Origin: an uncultured Bacteroidales bacterium | Lineage (GTDB): Bacteria; Bacteroidota; Bacteroidia; Bacteroidales; JAADJA01 | NCBI GenBank assembly: GCA_964408535.1 | Contig: CAYOZZ010000381.1 | Location: 1 to 51,297, forward strand | Direction of reading: 5' to 3' | Length of the DNA: 51,297 nucleotides | Shown: one piece after another, positions 9,029 through 17,624 of the stretch | Layout of the letters: every line of letters begins with the position of its first letter | Numbering within the stretch: the stretch's first letter is position 1 | Position numbers and translations under genes: made by a program | The notes under the pieces: model-generated | Database searches by the model: none | What the model was told of the DNA's origin: nothing | What the model saw: the letters and a program-made list of their open reading frames with translations, nothing else

Positions 9029-9364
9029 ATGATTAAACAAAACAGATATATTGACATAATTACTAACAAGCTAAGATTTAACAAGTTAGTCAAAAATGCA
9101 TATCTTTTCGGCAGTTATGCCTACGGAAAGCCTGATGCTGATAGTGATATTGATTTGTTGATTATTCTAAACAGGGATGGTTTTTTATCTAAATATGAAG
9201 AAAGAATTGATTACAGAATGAATATTGCCAAATCCCTTTATGACGTTAATAAAGATATTGCGATTGATATACTGGTTTATACAAAGGATGAATGGGAAAA
9301 AATATTACAAACAGGCAGCTCGTTTCACAATGAGATAGCCGATAATTTTGTAAAGATAATTTAA
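9029..9364 (+). CDS. Minimal nucleotidyltransferase (MNT) domain protein with no HEPN partner
   Basis: The ATG at 9029 gives 111 aa. Pol-beta-type motif LFGSYAYGKPDADSDIDLLI. The track start at 8996 is a GTG extension. Confidence 0.75.
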   Translation: MIKQNRYIDIITNKLRFNKLVKNAYLFGSYAYGKPDADSDIDLLIILNRDGFLSKYEERIDYRMNIAKSLYDVNKDIAIDILVYTKDEWEKILQTGSSFHNEIADNFVKII

Positions 9365-9409
9365 AAATTAAAGAGGTAATATTAATATCAATATTTTGAT
9401 TTTTTCCTG

Positions 9410-9417
9410 TATTTTTG
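9410..9417 (+). promoter_or_regulatory. -7 promoter box TATTTTTG upstream of the carboxylase alpha-subunit gene
   Basis: Matches TAnnTTTG and predicts a leader of roughly 100 nt. Confidence 0.35.
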
Positions 9418-9456
9418 TTCGGATAAAAATACTTTGGAAATGATATTATAGCTAAA

Positions 9457-9500
9457 CCCGAAACCCGTATTTGTCCCTATAGTGATAGTACGGATTCGGG
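9457..9500 (+). promoter_or_regulatory. Leader hairpin upstream of the carboxylase alpha-subunit gene
   Basis: CCCGAA/TTCGGG plus CCGTA/TACGG, separated by a small internal loop. The 19-nt apical loop contains CTAT-AGTG-ATAG. A T5 run starts 12 nt downstream, which is poor geometry for an intrinsic terminator. Confidence 0.3.
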
Positions 9501-9525
9501 TAAACGTGTTTTTAAAAACAAAAAT

Positions 9526-11529
9526 ATGAGACTTTTCAACAAAATATTAATTGCAAACCGTGGAGAGATAGCCGTAAGGGTTATCAGGTCGGCACAAAAA
9601 CTCGGGATAGATACTGTTGCCGTATATTCGGTTGCGGATGAGGATGCTTTACACGTTGAGATGGCTGACGAATCTGTCTGTCTTGGTGAAAGCATTGAGC
9701 TTAGCGACACCTATTTAAATATTGAGAAAATCATCAATATTGCAAAACGTTTGGAATGTGACGCCATTCATCCCGGGTACGGTTTTTTAGCGGAAAATCC
9801 CGACTTTGTTGCTGCCTGCGACAAAGAAAACATAACCTTTATCGGACCGCATACCCGCGCCATAAAACTTATGGGTAACAAAATAGAATCAAGGGAATTT
9901 GTTAAAAACCTTGACATACCTATGACTGCGGGTGTTACAGGAACGACCGAAGAGCTTATTAAGGCTGCAGAAAATATCCCGCTGCCTCTGCTTGTAAAAG
10001 CTGCTGCCGGTGGCGGAGGTAAAGGAATGCGGATAGTACACAATCTTGACGAACTTGCCGAAACAATCGAAAGTACGAGCCGTGAAGCTAAATCCTATTT
10101 CGGTGACGGGACGGTTTTTGTCGAGAAATATGTTGAAGAACCTCGTCATATTGAAATCCAGGTTATTGGCGATAATTTCGGAAATGTGGTTCATCTTTTT
10201 GAAAGGGAGTGTTCCATTCAACGGCGTTATCAAAAGATAATCGAAGAATCTCCCTCTCCGACGCTAACACCTGAAGTCAGAATGAAGATGGGTGAAGCTG
10301 CCGTGAAGATATCCAAAGCCATTGAATACAACAATGCCGGAACGGTTGAATTTCTTGTTGACAAGGATTTGAACTTCTATTTTCTCGAAATGAATACCCG
10401 CGTTCAGGTCGAACACCCTGTTACCGAAATGGTTACGGGTGTTGATATCGTTAAAGAGCAGATACTTGTTGCGGCAGGAAACAGACTTTCTTTAAATCAG
10501 GATGAACTTTCGCAAAACGGACATGCAATTGAGTGCCGGATTTATGCCGAAGACCCGGCAAATAATTTCCTGCCGTCACCCGGAAAGATGTCATTTTATC
10601 ACGAGCCTGAAGGGAAAAGAATCAGAATAGATACGGGTATCGGCGAAGCTACGACAATCGAAAGTTTTTATGACCCTATGATTGCCAAACTCATTGTATG
10701 GTGCAACGACAGGGAAAGCGCAAGGAAAAAAATGATAACGGCATTAAAAAATTATGCCGTTCACGGAATAAAAACGAACATCTCATATCTGCAACAACTG
10801 TTACGGCACAATGCTTATATCTCGAACAAAATCACTACAAAATACTGCGATGAGCATACCGGTGATATCTTGAAGCAGATTGAAAAGGAAAAAGAATCCG
10901 TACCCCGGCACTATCCGGTTATTGCGTATTCCATTTACAGTATTGCAAAAGATTATCTTGAAGCCGGCGACGATTTGAGTATCTGGAAACAGATAGGTTA
11001 CTGGCGTGATATCCCTGAATTTACCGTTTCGTTTGAAGATGAACAGATACCTGTAAAATTTAATAACGGTAAGGGCGGGTTGTTCGTTTTTGATGTGGCA
11101 GGGACAAAAACGGATGTGATTTTCGAATCAATGGAATATGGAATCATTAATCTGAAAATTGATGATGAGGTGCGAACCTTTTATATTTCGGATGATGACA
11201 AGGGTAACGGCTTTGTCAGCTATGACGGTTTTATGTTCGATATACGCAGGAATGATATATTAGTACAGGAAGATGTTTTCGGGAGCCTCGAAACCGGTGG
11301 CGGTAACGGACAGATTGTATCCCCGATGCCCGGAAAAGTAATCAAGATAAATGTAAGCGAGGGTGAGCAGGTTAAAAAGGGTGACGTATTGCTGATTGTT
11401 GAAGCGATGAAGATGGAGAACAATATTGTTTCACCGAGGGACGGTATGGTAGAGAGTGTAAATGTTGCGGCAGGCGATATGGTGGACGGAAGTACGGAGT
11501 TGGTTATTTTACAAAACACAGATAGTTAG
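9526..11529 (+). CDS. Biotin-dependent acyl-CoA carboxylase alpha subunit (biotin carboxylase + BCCP); probably methylcrotonyl-CoA carboxylase alpha
   Basis: 667 aa. ATP-grasp biotin carboxylase motifs (KILIANRGEIAVRVIR, GGGGKGMR, EMNTRVQVEHPVTE) and a C-terminal biotinyl motif EAMKMEN. The MCC assignment rests on the nearby MCC-beta and hydratase genes. Confidence 0.9.
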   Translation: MRLFNKILIANRGEIAVRVIRSAQKLGIDTVAVYSVADEDALHVEMADESVCLGESIELSDTYLNIEKIINIAKRLECDAIHPGYGFLAENPDFVAACDKENITFIGPHTRAIKLMGNKIESREFVKNLDIPMTAGVTGTTEELIKAAENIPLPLLVKAAAGGGGKGMRIVHNLDELAETIESTSREAKSYFGDGTVFVEKYVEEPRHIEIQVIGDNFGNVVHLFERECSIQRRYQKIIEESPSPTLTPEVRMKMGEAAVKISKAIEYNNAGTVEFLVDKDLNFYFLEMNTRVQVEHPVTEMVTGVDIVKEQILVAAGNRLSLNQDELSQNGHAIECRIYAEDPANNFLPSPGKMSFYHEPEGKRIRIDTGIGEATTIESFYDPMIAKLIVWCNDRESARKKMITALKNYAVHGIKTNISYLQQLLRHNAYISNKITTKYCDEHTGDILKQIEKEKESVPRHYPVIAYSIYSIAKDYLEAGDDLSIWKQIGYWRDIPEFTVSFEDEQIPVKFNNGKGGLFVFDVAGTKTDVIFESMEYGIINLKIDDEVRTFYISDDDKGNGFVSYDGFMFDIRRNDILVQEDVFGSLETGGGNGQIVSPMPGKVIKINVSEGEQVKKGDVLLIVEAMKMENNIVSPRDGMVESVNVAAGDMVDGSTELVILQNTDS

Positions 11530-11594
11530 AAACAGATATTTTTTCTGATTTTGAAACTTTAATTTTTGACTAATCCATTTAATAAAACAGAACA

Positions 11595-12785
11595 ATGAAA
11601 AATATTGATACATTCGATTTTAACGGCAAGAAGGTACTTGTAAGAGTTGATTTTAACGTACCTTTGAATGATAAGTTTGAGATAACTGACCCGACAAGGA
11701 TTGATGCGGCGATTCCGACAATAAAAAAGATACTTTCGGGTGGCGGAGCAGCTGTTCTTATGTCTCATCTCGGCAGACCGAAAAACGGACCGGAAGAAAA
11801 GTTTTCGTTAAAACATGTAGTTCCGTATCTTTCCGGCAAGCTGGGTGTTGATGTAAAGTTTGCCGATGATTGTATTGGTGAATCTGCAAAGGAACTTGCA
11901 GCAGGGTTAAAGCCCGGAGAGGTTTTATTGCTTGAAAATCTGCGATTTTACAAGGAAGAGACAAAAGGCGATGTGGAATTTGCCCGCAAACTTTCCGAAC
12001 TCGGTGATGTTTATATGAACGATGCTTTCGGTACGGCCCACCGTGCTCACGCTTCAACGGCTATTATCGCACGGTTTTTCCCTGAAGAAAAACTGTTCGG
12101 ATATATAATGCAGAATGAGGTGAAAAACATTGATAAGGTTCTGCACGACGCAAACAGACCGTTCACTGCTATTCTCGGTGGTGCAAAGGTTTCCGGTAAA
12201 ATAGAGATAATCAATAACCTGCTCGATAAGGTTGATAATCTGCTTATCGGCGGAGGTATGATGTTTACTTTTATTAAGGCTTTCGGCGGTAATGTCGGCA
12301 ATTCGCTGATTGAGGACGAATTGCTTGACCTTGCTAAAAGTACGGTTGAAAAAGCAAAGCAGATGGGTGTTAATCTTTATATCCCTGTCGATACGGTTAT
12401 TGCCGATAATTTCAGTAATGATGCAAACTTTAAGGAATCGGATGTGAATAATATTCCAGACGGCTGGATGGGACTGGATATCGGGACTGATACGGTTAAG
12501 AAGTTCACCGAAGTAATTGAAAACTCAAAAACTATTCTGTGGAACGGGCCGATGGGGGTTTTTGAAATGGAGAATTTTGCCGCCGGAACAAAAGCCATTG
12601 CAGAAGCAGTGGCACAAGCAACGGAAAAAGGTGCTTTCTCATTAATCGGAGGTGGCGACTCTGTTGCTGCTATCAATAAATACGGACTGAAGGACAAGGT
12701 CAGCTATGTTTCGACGGGTGGCGGGGCAATGCTTGAGTATATCGAGGGTAAAGAGCTTCCCGGAGTGAAAGCAATAAAAGAGTAA
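11595..12785 (+). CDS. pgk: Phosphoglycerate kinase
   Basis: 396 aa. Motifs RVDFNVP, SHLGRPK and GGGDS...STGGGA. Confidence 0.95.
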   Translation: MKNIDTFDFNGKKVLVRVDFNVPLNDKFEITDPTRIDAAIPTIKKILSGGGAAVLMSHLGRPKNGPEEKFSLKHVVPYLSGKLGVDVKFADDCIGESAKELAAGLKPGEVLLLENLRFYKEETKGDVEFARKLSELGDVYMNDAFGTAHRAHASTAIIARFFPEEKLFGYIMQNEVKNIDKVLHDANRPFTAILGGAKVSGKIEIINNLLDKVDNLLIGGGMMFTFIKAFGGNVGNSLIEDELLDLAKSTVEKAKQMGVNLYIPVDTVIADNFSNDANFKESDVNNIPDGWMGLDIGTDTVKKFTEVIENSKTILWNGPMGVFEMENFAAGTKAIAEAVAQATEKGAFSLIGGGDSVAAINKYGLKDKVSYVSTGGGAMLEYIEGKELPGVKAIKE

Positions 12786-12879
12786 AGCCAACTGCTTTTT
12801 GAAACTGTATTTTTTTGATATCTGATAAAACAATCTCAAACCTTTGTTGTTGTTTTTCATAACTCAAATAAAAGAGGAA

Positions 12880-13725
12880 ATGGAGTTATATAAAATAGAA
12901 ACAGGGAATTTTAAACTTGACGGTGGTGCCATGTTCGGGGTGGTTCCAAAGGTGATTTGGAACGATGTTTACCCATCTGACGAAAACAATCTTTGTAATT
13001 GGGCTATGCGCTGTCTGCTTGTGGTTGACGGTGACAGAAAGATATTGATAGACAACGGGATAGGCACAAAACAGGATGAGAAATTTCTTCGTCATTATCA
13101 TCTTAACGGTGATGATTCCCTGGAGAAGTCACTCGCACGTGCCGGTTTTTCAGCCGATGATATAACCGATATGGTTATCACACATTTGCATTTCGACCAC
13201 TGCGGCGGAAGCATAAAAAAAACAGGAGAGAACAAATATGAACCGGCTTTTAAAAATGCTACCTATTGGATTGGTAAAGAGCAGTGGGAGTGGGCTACCC
13301 ATCCGAACCGGCGCGAGAAAGCCTCTTTCCTGAAAGAGAATATCTTTCCGATTGAAGAGAGCGGACAACTCAAACTTGTTGAGAATGAGGGAGAACTGTT
13401 TCCAAATTTCGACGTCAGGTTTTTCAATGGTCACACGGGAGGACAGCTAATCCCGTACATCAATTATAATGGAAGAACAATTGTTTTTATGGCCGACCTG
13501 CTTCCGTCAACAGCCCATATTCCGTTGCCATACATTATGGCTTACGACACGCGTCCGTTAATAACTTTGAAGGAAAAAGAGGAGTTTTTCGACGAGGCAA
13601 TAAAAAATAATTACATACTCTTTTTCGAGCATGATATTTATTACGAATGCTGTACACTGAAGATGACGGAAAAAGGCGCTCGAGCCGATAAAACTTTCAG
13701 GTTAAAAGATATTATTGAAAGCTAA
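12880..13725 (+). CDS. MBL-fold metallo-hydrolase
   Basis: HxHxDH motif (THLHFDHCGG). The ATG at 12880 (MELYKIETG...) is preferred over the TTG at 12844. Confidence 0.8.
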   Translation: MELYKIETGNFKLDGGAMFGVVPKVIWNDVYPSDENNLCNWAMRCLLVVDGDRKILIDNGIGTKQDEKFLRHYHLNGDDSLEKSLARAGFSADDITDMVITHLHFDHCGGSIKKTGENKYEPAFKNATYWIGKEQWEWATHPNRREKASFLKENIFPIEESGQLKLVENEGELFPNFDVRFFNGHTGGQLIPYINYNGRTIVFMADLLPSTAHIPLPYIMAYDTRPLITLKEKEEFFDEAIKNNYILFFEHDIYYECCTLKMTEKGARADKTFRLKDIIES

Positions 13726-14390
13726 GATTCTGATGAATTCGTGCTTTGGCTTGCGGCAAACTTTCCCACAAGCATTGCAACGATAATTGCAATATATAAC
13801 TGTCCGGAAATACTGATTAAAATACTGAGTGACTTTGCAATAGGTACTTGCGGTGTCACATCGCCATACCCCAGTGTTGACATTGTAACAAATGTAAAGT
13901 AGAGAGTATCCTGAAAATTCACTTTATCGGTATTGGCAAAATTTAATGCGTTGGGGTCATAAAGATTAAGTATCGTGACGAGCATTGTAAACATTAATCC
14001 CAGTAGAAGGTAAGCATTAACCGATTCCAGAATCACATTTGAATTGACCTCTTTACTTCTTGCAATTTGAAAAATCAGACGAATGACAATAAGCTGGAAA
14101 AAAATAACATTTATCATAGATGATACATATGACAATATGTCTAATGTAAATATATCGGCAATCCATTCGGTTATCAATGCTAATGTTGCAGCAAAAAACA
14201 TTCGCTTTCTCACTTTCGGTGTTAATGCAAAGATTGAGAGGAAAAATATTATCGAAAACAGAAGTATATTGATTGTTTTATGTATTGCAAGAGGCCATAA
14301 CGGCACAAGAAATGTCAACGCAAAAGAAAAAACCAACAACAGAATATTATTTACAGTTAAATCCGACTTTGAAAGATTCCTGTTTAACAT
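13722..14390 (-). CDS. Potassium channel (TxGYGD selectivity filter)
   Basis: MSTLGYGDVTP pore signature with flanking TM helices. The ATG at 14390 (MLNRNLSK...) is preferred, because the longer track ORF (to 14633) would overlap the start of the neighbouring carboxyltransferase gene. Its stop overlaps the stop of the convergent MBL gene. Confidence 0.8.
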   Translation of the reverse strand: MLNRNLSKSDLTVNNILLLVFSFALTFLVPLWPLAIHKTINILLFSIIFFLSIFALTPKVRKRMFFAATLALITEWIADIFTLDILSYVSSMINVIFFQLIVIRLIFQIARSKEVNSNVILESVNAYLLLGLMFTMLVTILNLYDPNALNFANTDKVNFQDTLYFTFVTMSTLGYGDVTPQVPIAKSLSILISISGQLYIAIIVAMLVGKFAASQSTNSSES

Positions 14391-14408
14391 TATTTTATTT
14401 TTTGCCGA

Positions 14409-14416
14409 CAAATATA
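14409..14416 (-). promoter_or_regulatory. -7 promoter box (TATATTTG on the minus strand) for the K+ channel gene
   Basis: The reverse complement of CAAATATA is TATATTTG. It lies about 20 nt upstream of the ATG at 14390. Confidence 0.4.
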
Positions 14417-14427
14417 AGATGTTTATG

Positions 14428-14435
14428 TAAATTTG
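14428..14435 (+). promoter_or_regulatory. -7 promoter box TAAATTTG for the carboxyltransferase gene
   Basis: Matches TAnnTTTG, 41 nt upstream of the GTG start at 14476. Divergent from the K+ channel promoter. Confidence 0.4.
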
Positions 14436-14475
14436 GCAATTATTTTTCAAGACATAATAATTAATAACATAGATC

Positions 14476-16083
14476 GTGTATAGAATAGAATCCAAAATTG
14501 ACACAAATTCGGCAGAATTCAGAAAAAATAAAGAGGAATTCTCAAAAGTATTGAAAGAGTTTAAATCTGTCCTTGAGAGCGTAAAACACGGAGCTTCCGA
14601 AAAGGCTGTCAGCAGGCATAAAAAGAGAAACAAATTGCTTGCCCGCGAAAGGATTGACCTTTTAATTGACCCTAATACGCCGTTTTTGGAATTGTCTCCG
14701 ATGGCGGCATACGGGTATTATAACAACCAGTTTCCGTCGGCTGGAATTATTACGGGGATTGGTGTTGTTCACGGTAAGGAGGTTATGATTGTTGCCAATG
14801 ATGCAACCGTGAAAGGAGGCACCTATGTGAAAGAGACAATAAAGAAACATGTCAGGGCGCAGCAGATTGCAATGGAGAACAGGCTCCCGTCAATTTATAT
14901 GGTTGACTCCGGTGGTATATTCCTTCCCGAACAGGCTGAGGTTTTTGCAGACCGGGATAATTTCGGGAGATTTTTTTACAATCAGGCACGGCTTTCGGCA
15001 ATGGGAATTCCGCAGATTGCTATCGTGATGGGTTCCTGTACTGCCGGTGGTGCTTATGTTCCGGCTATGAGCGACGAAACAATTATTGTAAAGAAACAGG
15101 GAACAATTTTCATTGGCGGGCCTCCTCTTGTAAAAGCTGCAACAGGTGAGGTTGTCACTCCCGAAGAGCTTGGAGGTGCCGACGTACATACTGCCATTTC
15201 GGGTGTGGCCGACCATTATGCCGAGAACGACAGGCATGCTATACAAATCTGCCGTAATATTCTTGAAACAATAGAGCCGAAAGAGAAGCAAATTCTGGAT
15301 ATAGCTCCTGTTGAAGAGCCGTTTTACGACCCTGAGGAACTTTACGGTATCGCTCCGGTTGATTTGCGCAAACCGGTTGATGTTAAAGAGATTATAGCAC
15401 GAATAGTTGACGGCAGCCGCTTTCAGGAGTTCAAGGCAAGATATGCTCCCACCTTGATTACAGGTTTCGCAAGAATTATGGGATATCCTGTCGGAATAAT
15501 AGGTAATAACGGTGTTTTGTTTTCCGAATCGGCTCTGAAAGGTGCTCATTTTGTCGAATTGTGCAGCTCAAGAAATATCCCGATACTGTTTCTGCAGAAT
15601 ATAACCGGATTTATTGTCGGAAAACAGTATGAACACGGAGGTATAGCACGCGACGGAGCCAAATTTGTTCATGCGGTTGCCAATGCGGATGTACCTAAAT
15701 TCACTGTTGTGTTCGGAGGTTCGTTTGGAGCCGGAAATTATGCAATGGCCGGCCGGGCTTATGATCCCAGATTGCTTTTTATGTGGCCGAATGCCAAAAT
15801 CTCGGTTATGGGGGGCGAACAGGCGGCAGGAGTTTTGATACAGGTTAAAGAAGAACAACTGGCTGCACGTGGTCAGGAAATGGACCCCGGTGACCGGGAA
15901 AAACTGAGAAATGAAATACTCGAAAAATATGAGAGAGAGGGTGCTGCATTTTACAGTACGGCACGCTTATGGGATGACGGAATAATTGACCCTGTTGATA
16001 CCCGTAAAATAATTGCTATGGGAATTGCAGCTTCGTTAAACAAGAAATTCCCCGAAACCAAATACGGTGTATTCAGGATGTAA
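14476..16083 (+). CDS. Methylcrotonyl-CoA carboxylase beta subunit (carboxyltransferase)
   Basis: 535 aa. Long colinear similarity to eukaryotic and bacterial MCC-beta ([69 protein letters not shown]). GTG start. Confidence 0.92.
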   Translation: MYRIESKIDTNSAEFRKNKEEFSKVLKEFKSVLESVKHGASEKAVSRHKKRNKLLARERIDLLIDPNTPFLELSPMAAYGYYNNQFPSAGIITGIGVVHGKEVMIVANDATVKGGTYVKETIKKHVRAQQIAMENRLPSIYMVDSGGIFLPEQAEVFADRDNFGRFFYNQARLSAMGIPQIAIVMGSCTAGGAYVPAMSDETIIVKKQGTIFIGGPPLVKAATGEVVTPEELGGADVHTAISGVADHYAENDRHAIQICRNILETIEPKEKQILDIAPVEEPFYDPEELYGIAPVDLRKPVDVKEIIARIVDGSRFQEFKARYAPTLITGFARIMGYPVGIIGNNGVLFSESALKGAHFVELCSSRNIPILFLQNITGFIVGKQYEHGGIARDGAKFVHAVANADVPKFTVVFGGSFGAGNYAMAGRAYDPRLLFMWPNAKISVMGGEQAAGVLIQVKEEQLAARGQEMDPGDREKLRNEILEKYEREGAAFYSTARLWDDGIIDPVDTRKIIAMGIAASLNKKFPETKYGVFRM

Positions 16084-16086
16084 CAC

Positions 16087-16119
16087 AAACCTAACAGGTC
16101 TCCAAGACCTGTTAGGTTT
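16087..16119. repeat. REP-like palindrome copy 1 (AAA-CCTAACAGGTCT-CCA-AGACCTGTTAGG-TTT); also a likely terminator of the carboxyltransferase gene
   Basis: Perfect 12-bp stem extended by A3/T3 and followed by a T run. Starts 4 nt after the stop at 16083. The 27-nt core is identical to 16745-16771. Confidence 0.85.
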
Positions 16120-16126
16120 TAAATGA

Positions 16127-16732
16127 TTGAAAATGAAGAATCAGGAATCTTTTCAACCAGGAGTTATTTATCATCTGTTTAACAGAGGGAACAATCATGA
16201 AAGGATTTTTATTGAGAATAAGAATTATGAGTATTTTTTATTCTTAGCACAAAAATACTTATTGAAAATAAGTAATATCTATGCATATTGTCTGATTCCA
16301 AATCATTTTCATATTTTAGTCGGGATTAAAAGGTTCAAATATTTACCGGAAGAATACAAAACCGGTAGAAAAAAACTACATCAACCATTTTCAAACTTTT
16401 TTAATGCTTATGCAAAAGCTATAAATAAAAAATATGATCGTAGAGGAAGCCTTTTCCAAGAACATCTAAAAAGAAATATAATTGATACTGATGAGTATTT
16501 TAAAAATGTAGTTCTATATATTCATTTGAACTCTAATCATCATAGACTTAACTTAAGTTACGAAAATTATCCTTTTTCGTCATATCCTGATTATGTTAAT
16601 AGAACTGAAAGTTTTATTGACAAGGGTTATGTGATTGATCTATTTGACAATATGGATAATTTTGTTTATTTGCACAAACAAAAGAAAATAAATATGGATT
16701 TATTGGATGATTTAAATGATTTGGATGATTAG
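16127..16732 (+). CDS. REP-associated tyrosine transposase (RAYT; IS200-like Y1 HUH transposase)
   Basis: About 200 aa. Motifs YHLFNRGNN, HUH motif PNHFHILV and Tyr motif VLYIHLNSNHH. Acidic tail DLLDDLNDLDD. The track start is TTG at 16127; ATG at 16133 is an alternative. Confidence 0.8.
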   Translation: MKMKNQESFQPGVIYHLFNRGNNHERIFIENKNYEYFLFLAQKYLLKISNIYAYCLIPNHFHILVGIKRFKYLPEEYKTGRKKLHQPFSNFFNAYAKAINKKYDRRGSLFQEHLKRNIIDTDEYFKNVVLYIHLNSNHHRLNLSYENYPFSSYPDYVNRTESFIDKGYVIDLFDNMDNFVYLHKQKKINMDLLDDLNDLDD

Positions 16733-16741
16733 TTAATTGAG

Positions 16742-16774
16742 AGACCTAACAGGTCTCCAAGACCTGTTAGGTCT
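16742..16774. repeat. REP-like palindrome copy 2 (AGACCTAACAGGTCT-CCA-AGACCTGTTAGGTCT)
   Basis: Perfect 15-bp arms built from four AGACCT/AGGTCT hexamers, so it can fold as one long hairpin or two short ones. Starts 10 nt after the RAYT stop. Confidence 0.85.
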
Positions 16775-16789
16775 GAAAAAGAGGCAAAT

Positions 16790-17578
16790 ATGAAATACAA
16801 AACAATTGAAACAGACCTGAATGATTCTATTGCTACAGTACGGTTAAACAGACCTGAAAAACATAATGCTTTTGATGACCTTATGATTGAGGAACTGACA
16901 AATGTCTTTACCGAGTTAAGCAAAAAGGATGATTTAAGGGTAGTAGTTTTAAGGGGTAAGGGAAAATCGTTTTGTGCCGGTGCCGACCTCAATTATATGA
17001 AAGGCATTGCCAAATACGGCTACAAAGAAAATTTTGAAGATGGCAAAAAGCTGGCTACCCTTTTTAAAACCGTTTATCTGTGTCCTTATCCGACAATTGC
17101 AGTTGTTCATGGTGCAGCTTTCGGTGGTGCCAACGGATTACTTGCTGCCTGCGATATTGTCATTGCCGAAGAAAATACAACCTTTGCCTTCAGCGAGGTA
17201 AAAATCGGTATTTCGCCTGCTACCATTGGTCCCTACGTATTAAAGCGTATCGGTGAATACGGAGGAAAAGAACTGATGATGACAGGTAAACGCTTTAAAG
17301 GTAAAGAAGCGGAACAATTCGGTTTGGTGAACAAATCGGTTACGGAAGATAAAATAGAAGATGTGTTGCAAGAGTTTGTAAAACAATTCCTTACGTCGGC
17401 ACCAAAGGCTGTCGCAGCAACAAAGGCAATGATACAGACTCTCACAAACGATCAAATGACGTTAACCGATGCAATGGATTATACTGCCGATATTATCGCA
17501 AGATTACGGGCTGCCCGCGAAGGGCAGGAGGGAATGGCCGCATTCCTCGAAAAACGTAAACCCGACTGGGTAAAATAA
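16790..17578 (+). CDS. Enoyl-CoA hydratase/isomerase family protein (probable methylglutaconyl-CoA hydratase)
   Basis: 262 aa. Crotonase fold motifs (VVVLRGKGKSFCAGADL, AVVHGAAFGGANGL). The context with MCC subunits suggests the leucine pathway. Confidence 0.85.
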   Translation: MKYKTIETDLNDSIATVRLNRPEKHNAFDDLMIEELTNVFTELSKKDDLRVVVLRGKGKSFCAGADLNYMKGIAKYGYKENFEDGKKLATLFKTVYLCPYPTIAVVHGAAFGGANGLLAACDIVIAEENTTFAFSEVKIGISPATIGPYVLKRIGEYGGKELMMTGKRFKGKEAEQFGLVNKSVTEDKIEDVLQEFVKQFLTSAPKAVAATKAMIQTLTNDQMTLTDAMDYTADIIARLRAAREGQEGMAAFLEKRKPDWVK

Positions 17579-17624
17579 ACCGGCTTTGGTTACCTGACGC
17601 TCAATATTCAGGCACTTATTCACT

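Larger units (their letters stand above)
16087..16774 (+). mobile_element. REPtron: RAYT (IS200/IS605-like Y1 transposase) gene bracketed by two identical REP palindromes
   Basis: The same 27-nt palindrome occurs on both sides of the ORF (16090-16116 and 16745-16771). The ORF carries HUH and Tyr motifs. The insert is visibly more AT-rich than the flanking metabolic genes. Confidence 0.75.

Noticed and set aside
9365-9525. Search for a HEPN toxin gene partnering the MNT protein
   Set aside because: The flanks have no same-strand ORF of useful length and I saw no Rx4-6H-containing frame. Reported as an orphan instead.
9768-10233. Antisense and overlapping ORFs inside well-supported genes. These include 9768..10043, 9889..10233, 11758..12057, 14890..15549, 17628..17951, 25063..25476, 30120..30572, 42044..42508, 45838..46269 and many similar track entries.
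   Set aside because: They lie entirely within, and antisense or out of frame to, long ORFs with clear family motifs. Their translations are low-complexity and Cys/Arg/Ser/Phe-rich, with no motifs. They are typical shadow ORFs.
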